Source: Roseobacter sp.
GTDB lineage: Bacteria; Pseudomonadota; Alphaproteobacteria; Rhodobacterales; Rhodobacteraceae
Length of the DNA stretch: 64,000 bases
Assembly (NCBI GenBank): GCA_011050655.1
Contig: DRFG01000092.1
Location: 12,053 to 76,052 of the forward strand
Direction: 5' to 3'
A program made the translations under genes and the position numbers. How positions within the stretch are numbered: position 1 is the stretch's first letter; each line of letters begins with the position of its first letter. This document shows, piece by piece, positions 9,411 through 19,514 of the stretch. Under the pieces are notes generated by a model. The model was not told where the DNA came from, made no database searches, and saw only the letters and a program-made list of their open reading frames with translations.

Positions 9411-10583
9411 TCAAAAAGACCTTGGCATTCCAAGGATATGCTCGCCGACATAAGACAGGATCAGATTGGTTGAGATCGGGGCGACTTGATATAGTCGAGT
9501 TTCGCGGAACTTGCGCTCGACGTCGTATTCGCGAGCAAAGCCAAAGCCACCATGGGTCTGGATGCAGGCATTGGCAGCCTCCCAGGAGGCGTCGGCGGCT
9601 AACAGTTTGGCCATATTGGCCTGCGCGCCGCAATCCTGACCTGCGTCAAAGCGTTTGCACGCCTCAAACCGCATTAGATTAGCGGCCTCAATGGCGACGT
9701 AGGATTTTGAGATTGGAAATTGAACACCCTGATTTTTCCCGATGGGACGGTCGAAAACCACCCGCTCACAGGCATAATCGCGCGACTTTTCAACGAACCA
9801 ATAGCCATCACCAATACATTCCGCAGCAATCAGGGTTCGTTCTGCATTTAGCCCATCAAGAATATGGTGAAACCCGCGCCCCTCTTCGCCGATCAGGTTT
9901 TCGGCAGGGATTACGAGATTGTCAAAAAATACCTCGTTGGTTTCGTGGCCCACCAGATTGTCGATCGGCTGGATCTCCATCCCGTTGCCGATGGCGTCCT
10001 TCAGATCGACAATAAAGATCGACATGCCATGTGACTTGCGTTTGACGTCGGCCAGCGGTGTTGTGCGCGCCAGCAGGATCATCAGGTCAGAATGCTGCAA
10101 CCGGCTGATCCAGACCTTCTGGCCGTTGATCACATAACGGTCGCCCTTTTTCACGGCGGTGGTCTTCAGCTTGGTGGTATCGGTGCCAGTTGTCGGTTCA
10201 GTCACCGCCATGGATTGCAGCCGCAGTTTGCCCGAGGCGATGCCCGGCAGGTATTGCTGCTTTTGCACATCCGAACCATGTCGAAGCAAAGTACCCATAT
10301 TGTACATCTGACCGTGGCAATGGCCAGCGTTGCCGCCTGATCGGTTGATCTCTTCCATCACGATGCTGGCCTCGGTCAGGCCAAGACCCGAGCCGCCGAA
10401 TTCTTCGGGGATCATCGCCGCCAGCCAGCCGGCCTCGGTCAGAGCATCGACGAATTCTACGGGATATGTTTCCGCGGCACCGTGTTTGCGGTGATATTCA
10501 GGGGGAAATCCGGCACAAAGCGAACGTAGCGCGTCACGCAGGTCATCATGGGTATCGGGGGCCGAGGTTTTCACTATAATCAC
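9411..10583 (-). CDS. Acyl-CoA dehydrogenase (type found in itaconate/methylsuccinate clusters)
   Basis: CHGQMYNMGTLLRHG, LRLQSMAVTEPTTGTDTT, ERKFRETRLYQVAPISTNL. Confidence 0.9.
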   Translation of the reverse strand: MIIVKTSAPDTHDDLRDALRSLCAGFPPEYHRKHGAAETYPVEFVDALTEAGWLAAMIPEEFGGSGLGLTEASIVMEEINRSGGNAGHCHGQMYNMGTLLRHGSDVQKQQYLPGIASGKLRLQSMAVTEPTTGTDTTKLKTTAVKKGDRYVINGQKVWISRLQHSDLMILLARTTPLADVKRKSHGMSIFIVDLKDAIGNGMEIQPIDNLVGHETNEVFFDNLVIPAENLIGEEGRGFHHILDGLNAERTLIAAECIGDGYWFVEKSRDYACERVVFDRPIGKNQGVQFPISKSYVAIEAANLMRFEACKRFDAGQDCGAQANMAKLLAADASWEAANACIQTHGGFGFAREYDVERKFRETRLYQVAPISTNLILSYVGEHILGMPRSF

Positions 10584-11782
10584 GCTCCATTCTTCGGATC
10601 GGCGGTTGCGTCCGACACACTCCCCGGTCCGAATTCTTCCAGTATTTGTTGGGTATGTTCACCAAGGCGCGGCACCGGAGCCATCTGTGGCTTCCAGCCT
10701 TGTCCGCTCGTCGGGGTCAGCGCGGGCATCGCGCCCGCTGGCGTGTCAATCTGTTGCCAACGCCCGCGCGCGGCCAGCTGCGGATGCGCCCACAGCCCGG
10801 CCATATCTCGCACTTCGGCGGTGCCAATCCCGGCCCTATTTAGCCGTGACAGCGCCTCGGTCGTGGTAAGTTTTGGCAATACGTCACCAATCACCCCCGC
10901 GATTACATCACGATGATCTGAGCGCCTGGAATTGCCAACAAACCGAGGATCAAGCGCCATGTCCGGGCGTTCCAGCACCTGTTCGCAGAACGCCTTCCAT
11001 TCGCGATCATTTTGCAACCCGAACAGCACCTGACCATCCGAGGTTTCAAACGGACCATAGGGATAAATCGTGGCATGTCCGGCACCGGTGCGCGGCGGCG
11101 GGGGTGCGCCATCATAGGCATAATACATCGGATAACCCATCCATTCGGCCATCGCTTCGAGCATCGAGATTTCGATATGATCGCCCGCCCCGGTCTTTGC
11201 GCGCATCAAAAGCGCGGCCAGGATCGAATGATAGGCAGTGACCCCGGAGCAGATATCGGCGATGGATATGCCGGACTTCGCGGGCGAGTTGGGGGTACCA
11301 GTAATCGACAAAAATCCGGCCTCGGCCTGAATAAATAGATCATACGCCTTGCGCCCGTCATATGGCCCACCCGGCCCGAAGCCGGAGATCGAACAGGTGA
11401 TCAGGCCTGGATTGTCTTTGCGCAGCTCGGCCTCTCCCAGACCCAGCCGTTCGGCAGCACCAGGCGCAAGATTTTGCACAAACACATCGGCACGCGACAG
11501 GATGGATTTCAGCGTGGCAATCCCATCGGGCGATTTCAGGTCCAGCGTCAGGCTCTCCTTGGAACGATTGCCCCAGATGAAATAGCTGCTTTCACCATTA
11601 ATGCGGGTGTCGTAATTGCGGGCAAAATCGCCGCCATCGGGGCGTTCAACCTTGATCACCCGCGCACCCTGATCGCCCAATAACCGCGTGCAATAAGGGG
11701 CGGAAACCGCCTGTTCCAGACTAACCACCAGGATACCGTCCAGCGGTCGCATCCCAGCACCATTGCACGGCGGTGCGGTCAT
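10580..11782 (-). CDS. CaiB/BaiF class III CoA transferase
   Basis: VVSLEQAVSAPYCTRLLGDQGARVIKVERP, GNRSKESLTLDL, KAYDLFIQAE. The true start may be 11752. Confidence 0.9.
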   Translation of the reverse strand: MTAPPCNGAGMRPLDGILVVSLEQAVSAPYCTRLLGDQGARVIKVERPDGGDFARNYDTRINGESSYFIWGNRSKESLTLDLKSPDGIATLKSILSRADVFVQNLAPGAAERLGLGEAELRKDNPGLITCSISGFGPGGPYDGRKAYDLFIQAEAGFLSITGTPNSPAKSGISIADICSGVTAYHSILAALLMRAKTGAGDHIEISMLEAMAEWMGYPMYYAYDGAPPPPRTGAGHATIYPYGPFETSDGQVLFGLQNDREWKAFCEQVLERPDMALDPRFVGNSRRSDHRDVIAGVIGDVLPKLTTTEALSRLNRAGIGTAEVRDMAGLWAHPQLAARGRWQQIDTPAGAMPALTPTSGQGWKPQMAPVPRLGEHTQQILEEFGPGSVSDATADPKNGA

Positions 11783-12576
11783 CAGCCTGCCCCCGGCCCG
11801 CTGGTTTCGAGGATTTCCTCTTCGACGCGCTGCCAGATATCATAGGATATGGGGTTTTCGCTTTCCTCAAGGATATGGCCAACCAGCCCGATGGCGCGGG
11901 CCATCACACCAAAGCCACGCACAATTTTCCAGGGGAAGCCAAACTCGCAGCAGATCGCGCCAATGGCACCGGTGGCATTGATCGGCAGCATCTTGCCAGA
12001 TCGGGCCTCGGCCTCGGTCTGGATTTTCTGCATTAAGGCGACGTACTCGCCGGATTTGCCGTTCTGGGCGGCAATTTCGAACAATCGCGGCGTGCGTGGG
12101 TCAACGGGTTTGTGCACAGGATGCCCCAGCCCCGGCACGATGGCCTTGCGGTCGCGGAAACCGGCCACCGTTTCAACCGCCAGCGCATCCAGATCAACAC
12201 CGGTGCCCAGCTTGTCGTGTGGCAACGCCTCGTAGAGCATCTTTGACGCGCCTTCCATCGAGCCGACAAACACCGTGCCCAGCCCGCAAAGCCCCGCCGC
12301 CACTGCTGCCTGCAACGATTCCGGCGCGCCCATATAGGTCATCCGCGCGGCAATCGCCGACGGGGTGATGCCGTGTTCGACCAGAGTTATCACGATGGCA
12401 TTGAAGACCTTGGATTCCTCAGGTGTCGCCTTTCGCCCAGTCAGTTGCAAAAACGCCAGATCACCCAGGTTCATATGCCCCAAAATCTCATTGGGCAGAT
12501 CCAGCCCGCGCACAGAGATTTTATCAGCAGTGCTCCAGCCAATTGAAGAGGTCAATTTATCCTTGCGTTTTCCCAT
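11782..12576 (-). CDS. Citrate-synthase-fold citryl-CoA-lyase-like protein
   Basis: LVEHGITPSAIAARMT, AVAAGLCGLG, VPGLGHPVHKPVDPR, LPINATG. Start trimmed to MGKRK. Confidence 0.8.
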   Translation of the reverse strand: MGKRKDKLTSSIGWSTADKISVRGLDLPNEILGHMNLGDLAFLQLTGRKATPEESKVFNAIVITLVEHGITPSAIAARMTYMGAPESLQAAVAAGLCGLGTVFVGSMEGASKMLYEALPHDKLGTGVDLDALAVETVAGFRDRKAIVPGLGHPVHKPVDPRTPRLFEIAAQNGKSGEYVALMQKIQTEAEARSGKMLPINATGAIGAICCEFGFPWKIVRGFGVMARAIGLVGHILEESENPISYDIWQRVEEEILETSGPGAG

Positions 12577-13490
12577 CAGACCGGATCCCACGAAAACACA
12601 TCGGCTGACACTTCAAGCGGCATGAAATCGGCCTTTAAAGCAGGGATCGCATGATTGGCGATTGCCTCGGGTGTCCAGCCATCGCCGGAATGCACAGACC
12701 GGATCGGGCGGGGCTGATTAACCAGGAATATCTCGTTGTTACGCACCGCAAAAATCTGGCCAGTGACATCTGCGGCCCTGTCGGACGCAAGATAGACAGC
12801 CATCGGCGCGACCTTGGCAGGGGTCATCTGCTTGAGTTTCTCAACCCGCGCTTCCTGCTCGGGAGTGTCCACCTTGATTGACGAAATCATCCGGCTCCAA
12901 GCGAAAGGCGCGATGCAGTTTGACCGCACGTTCCATCGTTTCATATCCAGCGCGACGGATTTGGAAAACGCCGTGATGGCCAGTTTTGCCGCAGCATAAT
13001 TTGCTTGGGCAAGGTTTCCAATCAGGCCTGAGGTTGACGTCATGTGCACCAACGCACCGCTTTCTTGAGTGCGGAAGTGATCCGCGGCAGCCCGGCTGGT
13101 ATTAAATGCACCGTAAAGATGGACCTTCACCACAGCGTCGAAATCCTCGTAGGTCATCTTGTGAAAAAACCCATCGCGCAGGATGCCGGCGTTGTTGACC
13201 ACTGCGTCAATACGACCGAACTCCCTGACCGCCAGATCAACCATCTCGCGGGCCGCATCGGGATCGGCCACACTGTCTGCGTTGGCGACGGCAGACCCAC
13301 CTGCGGCGGTTATTTCATCGACGACTTTTTGCGCGGCCAGCTCGGTCTGTCCCGTGCCCTTCAGCGATGCACCCAAATCGTTGACCACCACCGCAGCCCC
13401 GGCGGCAGCAGCAGCCAGCGCAATATCGCGCCCGATGCCGCCCCCAGCCCCGGTCACCAGAACAACCTTGCCATCCATTATCTTTGTCAT
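12576..13490 (-). CDS. Short-chain dehydrogenase/reductase (3-hydroxyacyl-CoA dehydrogenase, MFE2-like)
   Basis: VTGAGGGIG, VVVNDLG, NNAGILRD, NYAAAK (YxxxK). Confidence 0.9.
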   Translation of the reverse strand: MTKIMDGKVVLVTGAGGGIGRDIALAAAAAGAAVVVNDLGASLKGTGQTELAAQKVVDEITAAGGSAVANADSVADPDAAREMVDLAVREFGRIDAVVNNAGILRDGFFHKMTYEDFDAVVKVHLYGAFNTSRAAADHFRTQESGALVHMTSTSGLIGNLAQANYAAAKLAITAFSKSVALDMKRWNVRSNCIAPFAWSRMISSIKVDTPEQEARVEKLKQMTPAKVAPMAVYLASDRAADVTGQIFAVRNNEIFLVNQPRPIRSVHSGDGWTPEAIANHAIPALKADFMPLEVSADVFSWDPV

Positions 13491-13500
13491 CTTTTTCCCC

Positions 13501-14460
13501 TCACTTTGCCTTGCGGTACTTTTCCAGCCCGCCAGTATGCATCACCCGGCCCATCAAAGGAGCCCCGATGATTGTTTCGGCTTTCTGCGCGGCAAGGATC
13601 AGTTTATCCAAGTCAATGCCGGTTTCGATCCCCAGTTCGTGACACAGGAATACCATATCTTCGGTGCTGACATTGCCTGCCGCTCGGGCGTGGCCATGAC
13701 CGGCAAAAGGACATCCCCCAAGTCCCGCAACCGAGCTTTCGAACATGTCCACACCCATGCTGAGTGCGGCATAGACATTGGCGATACCAAGCCCGCGCGT
13801 GTCATGGATATGCATGCCGAGGCGGGCCTCGGGGGCCATGTCGCGCAGTGCTCCGATCATGCGTTTGACCGCTTCGGGGTTGCCCCAACCCATCGTGTCA
13901 GCGATCACAAGAATTGGCAACGGGATGTTTTCATCGGCGCACAGATCAAGGATGAAACGGAAATCGTCTAGCACCCGTTCCTGCGGAATCTCGCCTTCGA
14001 AATTGCAGCCAAATGCGGTCATCACATAAGCCGCGTCAACTGTCAGCCCCTCGGCTTTGTAAAGCTTGACCCATTCACGCTGTTTCTCGCGCATTTCCAT
14101 TGATGAGGCGTTGTTGTTCTTCCGCGAAAACCTATCGGAGGGGTAGAAAAGCAAGCGCGGGTCGATATCGACATCATGCGCGGTCATCGCCTTGCGAAAC
14201 CCTTTGTCGTTCAGCCAAAGCGCCGTGTAATTGACACCGGGCACGCGTTTGATGCGTTGAAACAGCTCTCCCGTGTCAGCCATTTGCGGCACGTATTTCG
14301 GACTGACAAAGCTACCGACCTGAATACGTTTCAAACCTGTGTCGGACAGCAGATCAATGAGCTCAATACGCTGCTCGATAGGATAAATCGTTTTCTCGAT
14401 CTGGAAGCCTTCGCGCGGGCCTTCCTCGCGGATTTCGACGAATTTGGGAAAATCGCTCAT
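13501..14460 (-). CDS. HMG-CoA-lyase-family C-C lyase
   Basis: EEGPREGFQ, GSFVSPKYVPQMAD, HIHDTRGLG, GLGGCPFA, GNVSTED. Confidence 0.9.
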   Translation of the reverse strand: MSDFPKFVEIREEGPREGFQIEKTIYPIEQRIELIDLLSDTGLKRIQVGSFVSPKYVPQMADTGELFQRIKRVPGVNYTALWLNDKGFRKAMTAHDVDIDPRLLFYPSDRFSRKNNNASSMEMREKQREWVKLYKAEGLTVDAAYVMTAFGCNFEGEIPQERVLDDFRFILDLCADENIPLPILVIADTMGWGNPEAVKRMIGALRDMAPEARLGMHIHDTRGLGIANVYAALSMGVDMFESSVAGLGGCPFAGHGHARAAGNVSTEDMVFLCHELGIETGIDLDKLILAAQKAETIIGAPLMGRVMHTGGLEKYRKAK

Positions 14461-16478
14461 TTCGGTTCGCTTTCATTAGGGGCAATTTCGGCGATGGTCT
14501 GACCGCGGTCGACCATCATGCCTTTGGTTACAGAAATGTTGATGGCGATTCCTGCCGCTGCAGCCTTTATCGATATTTCCATCTTCATGGATTCCATAAC
14601 GGCGATTACATCGCCTTCGGCGACCAAATCTCCATCAGAAACAACAACATCAACGATCATACCGGTGAGCGGGGATTCCACCATCCGCTCGGCTGCCCCT
14701 TCACTGCCCGCAAAAGCCAGGGGCGGGGCGGCGTGAAACAGGCGGCGGGCGTCGGCCGTGGTGATTTCGATAGCATTGCCGGTGACGCGGGCTTCCAGCA
14801 TCAGGGTTTCGCCGTTATGGGTAACGCGCCAGCGCCCTGTTTCCAGTTCAAGACAGGTCAGGGACAAAGGCACTTCATTCGCATCAAAAACGGTAAAATA
14901 ACCGCCCGACCCAATCGGGCCTACGCGCAGTTCTTCGTGCTTGGCACCCTTCTCCGATCCCATCAGGGTGACACGCTGGTCCGCCTCGACCAAAGCATCG
15001 CCTGCGTTTAGCCGCCAGCCAGTAAAGGTCGAACGATTGCTCCAAGGATTGGTGGTGTCGTCAGTTCGCCCGTTGCTGACAAATAGCACGGCTGCGACAG
15101 CGCGCCACAGGTTGGCGGTTGCGTCTGCCGGAGGTGTGGTCAGCGCATCAAGGCGGGTGTCGATCCAGCGGGTATGCACGTTCATCGCGGCAAATTCGGG
15201 ATCGCGCGCCAGCGCCGTCAGGAAACTACGGTTTGACTGAACGCCCGCGACGATGGTGTGATCTAACGCCTCGGCCAGCCGGGCCAGCGCCGTTTCGCGG
15301 TCGACCGCGTGAACAATAAGCTTGGCAATCATCGGATCGTAAAACGGGCTAACCTCGTCGCCGGTTTCGACACCGCTGTCGATGCGGATGCCCTTGGGCA
15401 GCGATAGGGTGGTGATCTTGCCGGTTGAAGGCGCAAAGTTATTGGCGGGGTCTTCGGCATACAGCCGCGCCTCGACGGCGTGGCCAGTGCAGGTGATATC
15501 ACCTTGGGTGATCCCAAGGCCCGCGCCCTGGGCAATGCGCAGATGCATCGCCACCAGATCAAGGCCGGTGATCGCTTCGGTCACCGGGTGTTCGACCTGA
15601 ATCCGCGGATTAACCTCGAGGAAAAAATAGTTGTCGCCCGCGACCAGAAACTCAACCGTACCCAATCCACGATAGTTCAAGCTCTCTCCCAGTTTCACCG
15701 CATCCGTTGCAATCTGGTCAAGCAAGGTACGTGGCAGACCCCATGCCGGAGCTTCCTCGATCACCTTTTGATGACGGCGCTGCAGAGTGCAGTCGCGTTC
15801 AAACAGATGCACCACATGGCCCGCGCCGTCGCCCGCAATTTGCACCTCGACGTGTCGCGCGGCAGGCAGGAAGCGTTCCAGCAACATGCCCTCGGACCCG
15901 AATGTGGACTTCGCCTCACGCAGGGCCCCTTCGATGTCTTGCACCAATGTGTTCTCAGTTTCGACCAGACGCTGACCGCGCCCGCCACCGCCACCAACAG
16001 CCTTGAGAAGCACCGGGAAGCCCATCTCGCGCACTGCGGCGGCAATTTCGGCGGGGTCGGATTTGGCACCGCTCGCGCCAGAGACCACCGGAACGCCTGC
16101 CGCAATCGCCGCGTCTTTGGCGCTGGCCTTGTCACCGAAACGATCCAGCGTTTCGGCCGTTGGGCCGACAAAGATCATCCCGGCGGCTTCGACAGCATTG
16201 GCAAAATCCGGATTCTCGGCCAGAAAGCCATAGCCGGGATGGATCGCATCGGCACCCACTTGGCGCGCGGCGTCAAGCACAGCGTCGATCCTGAGGTAGC
16301 TTTCGCTGGCCGGCCCCGCCCCGATCAGGATGGAGCGACCAATTTCGCGCACATGCAGTGCGTTCGCGTCTGCCTCTGAGTGAACGCCCACGGGGGTGAT
16401 ACCCTGCGCGCGCGCGGTGCGGGCAATTCGGCAGGCAATCTCGCCACGGTTGGCAATGAGCAATGTATTGATTTTCAT
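14457..16478 (-). CDS. Acyl-CoA carboxylase alpha subunit (biotin carboxylase plus biotin carrier), set 1
   Basis: LIANRGEIA, HPGYGFLAEN, RDCTLQRRHQK, EVNPRIQVEH, biotin motif ESMKME. Start at MKINT. Confidence 0.92.
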   Translation of the reverse strand: MKINTLLIANRGEIACRIARTARAQGITPVGVHSEADANALHVREIGRSILIGAGPASESYLRIDAVLDAARQVGADAIHPGYGFLAENPDFANAVEAAGMIFVGPTAETLDRFGDKASAKDAAIAAGVPVVSGASGAKSDPAEIAAAVREMGFPVLLKAVGGGGGRGQRLVETENTLVQDIEGALREAKSTFGSEGMLLERFLPAARHVEVQIAGDGAGHVVHLFERDCTLQRRHQKVIEEAPAWGLPRTLLDQIATDAVKLGESLNYRGLGTVEFLVAGDNYFFLEVNPRIQVEHPVTEAITGLDLVAMHLRIAQGAGLGITQGDITCTGHAVEARLYAEDPANNFAPSTGKITTLSLPKGIRIDSGVETGDEVSPFYDPMIAKLIVHAVDRETALARLAEALDHTIVAGVQSNRSFLTALARDPEFAAMNVHTRWIDTRLDALTTPPADATANLWRAVAAVLFVSNGRTDDTTNPWSNRSTFTGWRLNAGDALVEADQRVTLMGSEKGAKHEELRVGPIGSGGYFTVFDANEVPLSLTCLELETGRWRVTHNGETLMLEARVTGNAIEITTADARRLFHAAPPLAFAGSEGAAERMVESPLTGMIVDVVVSDGDLVAEGDVIAVMESMKMEISIKAAAAGIAINISVTKGMMVDRGQTIAEIAPNESEPK

Positions 16479-16488
16479 GATACTCTCC

Positions 16489-18096
16489 TCAGAACCGGAA
16501 CACGCCAAAATTGGTTTCAACTTTCGGTCGCCGCGAGGCGACATCCAGCAGCAACGCCAGCACATCACGGGTCTCGGAGGGTTCAATCACGTTGTCGGCC
16601 CACAGATTTGACGCAAAATTATAGGCACCCTGGAAATCTTCGTATTCCTTGCGAACCGGAGCCTTAAAGACTTCTTCTTCTTCAGGGGTCCATGTCATGT
16701 CGTCGCGTGCCAGAATTTGCGCGCGCACCTGTGCCAAAACACTGGCGGCCTGTTCCGGCCCCATGATTGCCGAGCGCCCCGAGGGCCACATGAACATCGC
16801 GTCTGGTTGAAATGGACGGCCTAGCATCGCCAGATAGCCGGCACCATAAGACCCACCGGTAATCACCGTATATTTTGGCACCCGGGCCGACGACATGGCG
16901 GTGATCATCTTGGCCCCGGCCTTGGCGATGCCGGCCTGTTCGGCCTCGCGGCCGACCATGAACCCATTCACATCCACCAGAAACACCAGCGGAATGTCGC
17001 GTTGAACACAAAGGTTGATGAAATGCGTGGCCTTCAGTGCCGCCTCGACGAACAGCACGCCAGTGTTGGCAAGGATGCCAACCTCGTGGCCATGAATGCG
17101 CGCCCAGCCGGTCATCATGGTGTCGCCATACAGCGGTTTGAATTCGTGAAAATCGCTACCATCCACAAGGCGGGCAACAATCTCGCGGTTGTCGGTGGGC
17201 ACTTTGGCATCGCGGCTGACGATGCCGTGAATATCCTCAACCGGATAAGCGGGAGGGATGGCCGCGGCAGGGGTTTTTCGGGGGCTCGATATTTCCCCTA
17301 AATGCGATACTATCTGGCGAGTGATGGCCAGTGCGTGGGCGTCATCTTCGGCCAGATGGTCGGTAACTCCCGACACCGAGCTGTGCATTTTGCCCCCGCC
17401 CAGCGTTTCGGCGTCTACCTTTTCGCCGGTCGCAGCAAAAGTTAGCTCGGGTCCGCCAAGATACATGAAGCCTTGGCCGCGCACGATCACAATCTCGTCG
17501 CAAAGCGCCGGAATATAGGCTCCGCCCGCCGTACATGGCCCCATGACCACAGCAATCTGTGGCACGCCGTCCCCCGACATGCCAACCTGCTGGTGAAAGA
17601 TCGAACCGAACTGGCCCTCGTCGGGAAAGATATTTGCGATTTCGGGCAAGAACGCCCCTCCGCTGTCGACCAGTGTAATCACGGGCAGTCGGTTTTGCCA
17701 CGCAATACGCTGTGCCCGCACATGTTTCTTGCAGGTCATGCCAAAGTAGGTTCCACCTTTCACAGTCGCATCATTGGCGATAATCATGCACTGGCGACCC
17801 TCGATCACCCCGATTCCGGTGATGATGCTGGCCCCCGGTGGCACGTCTTCATATTTCCCAAGCCCTGCCAAATCGCCCAGTTCAAGAAACGGGCTGCCCG
17901 GATCAATTAGCCGCTCTACCCGTTCACGGGGCAGCATTTTGCCTTTGGCCACATGACGCTCGCGCGCCTTCTTTGGTCCACCGATGCGTTGCGCGCGGCG
18001 CAACTCATGCAACTCGTCCAGTTTCCCGCGATAATGCGCCTCGTTGGCGCGAAACTCTTCCGACCCTGTGTTGATCGTCGTTTTCAGCTGGGTCAT
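16489..18096 (-). CDS. Acyl-CoA carboxylase beta (carboxyltransferase) subunit, MCC/GCC-like, set 1
   Basis: ANDATVKGG, LVDSGGAFL, CTAGGAY, GGSYGAG, FGVFRF C-terminus. Confidence 0.92.
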   Translation of the reverse strand: MTQLKTTINTGSEEFRANEAHYRGKLDELHELRRAQRIGGPKKARERHVAKGKMLPRERVERLIDPGSPFLELGDLAGLGKYEDVPPGASIITGIGVIEGRQCMIIANDATVKGGTYFGMTCKKHVRAQRIAWQNRLPVITLVDSGGAFLPEIANIFPDEGQFGSIFHQQVGMSGDGVPQIAVVMGPCTAGGAYIPALCDEIVIVRGQGFMYLGGPELTFAATGEKVDAETLGGGKMHSSVSGVTDHLAEDDAHALAITRQIVSHLGEISSPRKTPAAAIPPAYPVEDIHGIVSRDAKVPTDNREIVARLVDGSDFHEFKPLYGDTMMTGWARIHGHEVGILANTGVLFVEAALKATHFINLCVQRDIPLVFLVDVNGFMVGREAEQAGIAKAGAKMITAMSSARVPKYTVITGGSYGAGYLAMLGRPFQPDAMFMWPSGRSAIMGPEQAASVLAQVRAQILARDDMTWTPEEEEVFKAPVRKEYEDFQGAYNFASNLWADNVIEPSETRDVLALLLDVASRRPKVETNFGVFRF

Positions 18097-19484
18097 GGCA
18101 ACTCCGGAAATTCACTGAGAGTAAGTGCAACTTTGGCGGCACCCGGCTTTTCAAACGTGTTGGCTGCGACGATTGTGACATCCGCTTTGAAAACCAACGC
18201 TTCTCGTAGCCGGGTTTCGATGGTTGATTTCAGGTCGAGATCGTCCTGGGGCGATCTGTCCGGACCGCGCTCCACGATCACTTTCAGGGCACCCTGAGTG
18301 GTGTGGCCGTCAAAATCGGCCACCACGCGCATAATCCCGTTGGTGTCGGGCATCATGTCATTGATGATGCTGTGAATTGCGGACGGAAACACATTCGCGC
18401 CGCGCACGATCAACATGTCGTCAGTGCGCCCAACACAGCGGATTTTTGGCCCAGTTCGACCGCACGAACAGGAAGTGCCCAGAACTTCGATGAAGTCCCC
18501 CGACCGAAAGCGCAATACAGGGCTGGCTTGACGGGTGATGGCAGTATAGATCATTTCGCCTTTTGCGCCCTCGTCAAAGGGGATGATTTCGCCGGTATCC
18601 GAGTCCAGAAGTTCGGTAATGATGTGATCCATGCTGACCATATGCATGCCGGATTGATCGTCGCATTCTGCCCAATAGGCCACGCCCAGATCGGTGCCGC
18701 CCAGCATTTCGCAACATTTGGCACCCCAGAGTTCCTCAATACGGTTGCGAATGGCAGGAATGCCGCCGCCCGGCTCGCCGCCGACAATAATGCGTTCGAC
18801 GCCCAGCTCCGAGGCTTTGACCCCAAGAATTTCCTCGGCCTTTTCGCCAAGATGCAACACAAAGTTCGGCGCCCCGACGATACAGCGCGGGCGGGTGTCG
18901 GCGCAGGCCCGCAACAGCCGGTCCGCCCCGCCATCAGCGCCGATCGGCACATCAACAGCACCCATGTATTGCAGCGCCTGCATCACCGGAATACCGCCGA
19001 CAAAGCCTTTGGCCAGCGAAAACCCGTGCAACACCAGGTCACCGGGGCGGATGCCGTTGGCAAAGAAACACCGCGCCGACATTTCGTTCCAGACTTCGAC
19101 ATCTGTTTCAGTCAATGCCACATACGACGGGCTGCCGGTAGTGCCGGACGACGCCTGCATCTGGATGACGTCTTTTGGGTCTGCCGCCAGATGTCGGCCA
19201 AAAGGCTTTCGCGACGCAAGGCTTTCGCGGATGTCGGTCTTGAACGTATAGGGCAGCTTTTGCAGGTCTTCGATGGTGCGAATATCGTCAAATGCGACGC
19301 CCGCCTGAGCTAGAATATCGCGGTAAAAATCGGAGTTCTCTTTCAGATAAGCCATCTGCGCGACCAGGTTTTCCTCCTGGACGCGGCGCACCGCGTTCGG
19401 CGGAGCCATTTCGATGTCATGCCAGCATTCGGCATTTGCCTTTTCCAACGCATCCGCGCGGCGGTACTGCATTGCGAATTTCAT
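18093..19484 (-). CDS. Phenylacetate-CoA-ligase-like (PaaK family) acyl-CoA ligase
   Basis: QASSGTTGSP, LRFRSGD, GRTDDMLIVRGANVFPS. ATG 19484 follows GGAGG. Confidence 0.88.
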   Translation of the reverse strand: MKFAMQYRRADALEKANAECWHDIEMAPPNAVRRVQEENLVAQMAYLKENSDFYRDILAQAGVAFDDIRTIEDLQKLPYTFKTDIRESLASRKPFGRHLAADPKDVIQMQASSGTTGSPSYVALTETDVEVWNEMSARCFFANGIRPGDLVLHGFSLAKGFVGGIPVMQALQYMGAVDVPIGADGGADRLLRACADTRPRCIVGAPNFVLHLGEKAEEILGVKASELGVERIIVGGEPGGGIPAIRNRIEELWGAKCCEMLGGTDLGVAYWAECDDQSGMHMVSMDHIITELLDSDTGEIIPFDEGAKGEMIYTAITRQASPVLRFRSGDFIEVLGTSCSCGRTGPKIRCVGRTDDMLIVRGANVFPSAIHSIINDMMPDTNGIMRVVADFDGHTTQGALKVIVERGPDRSPQDDLDLKSTIETRLREALVFKADVTIVAANTFEKPGAAKVALTLSEFPELP

Positions 19485-19514
19485 ATCATCGCCCTCCATT
19501 CACATTTGCCCGGC

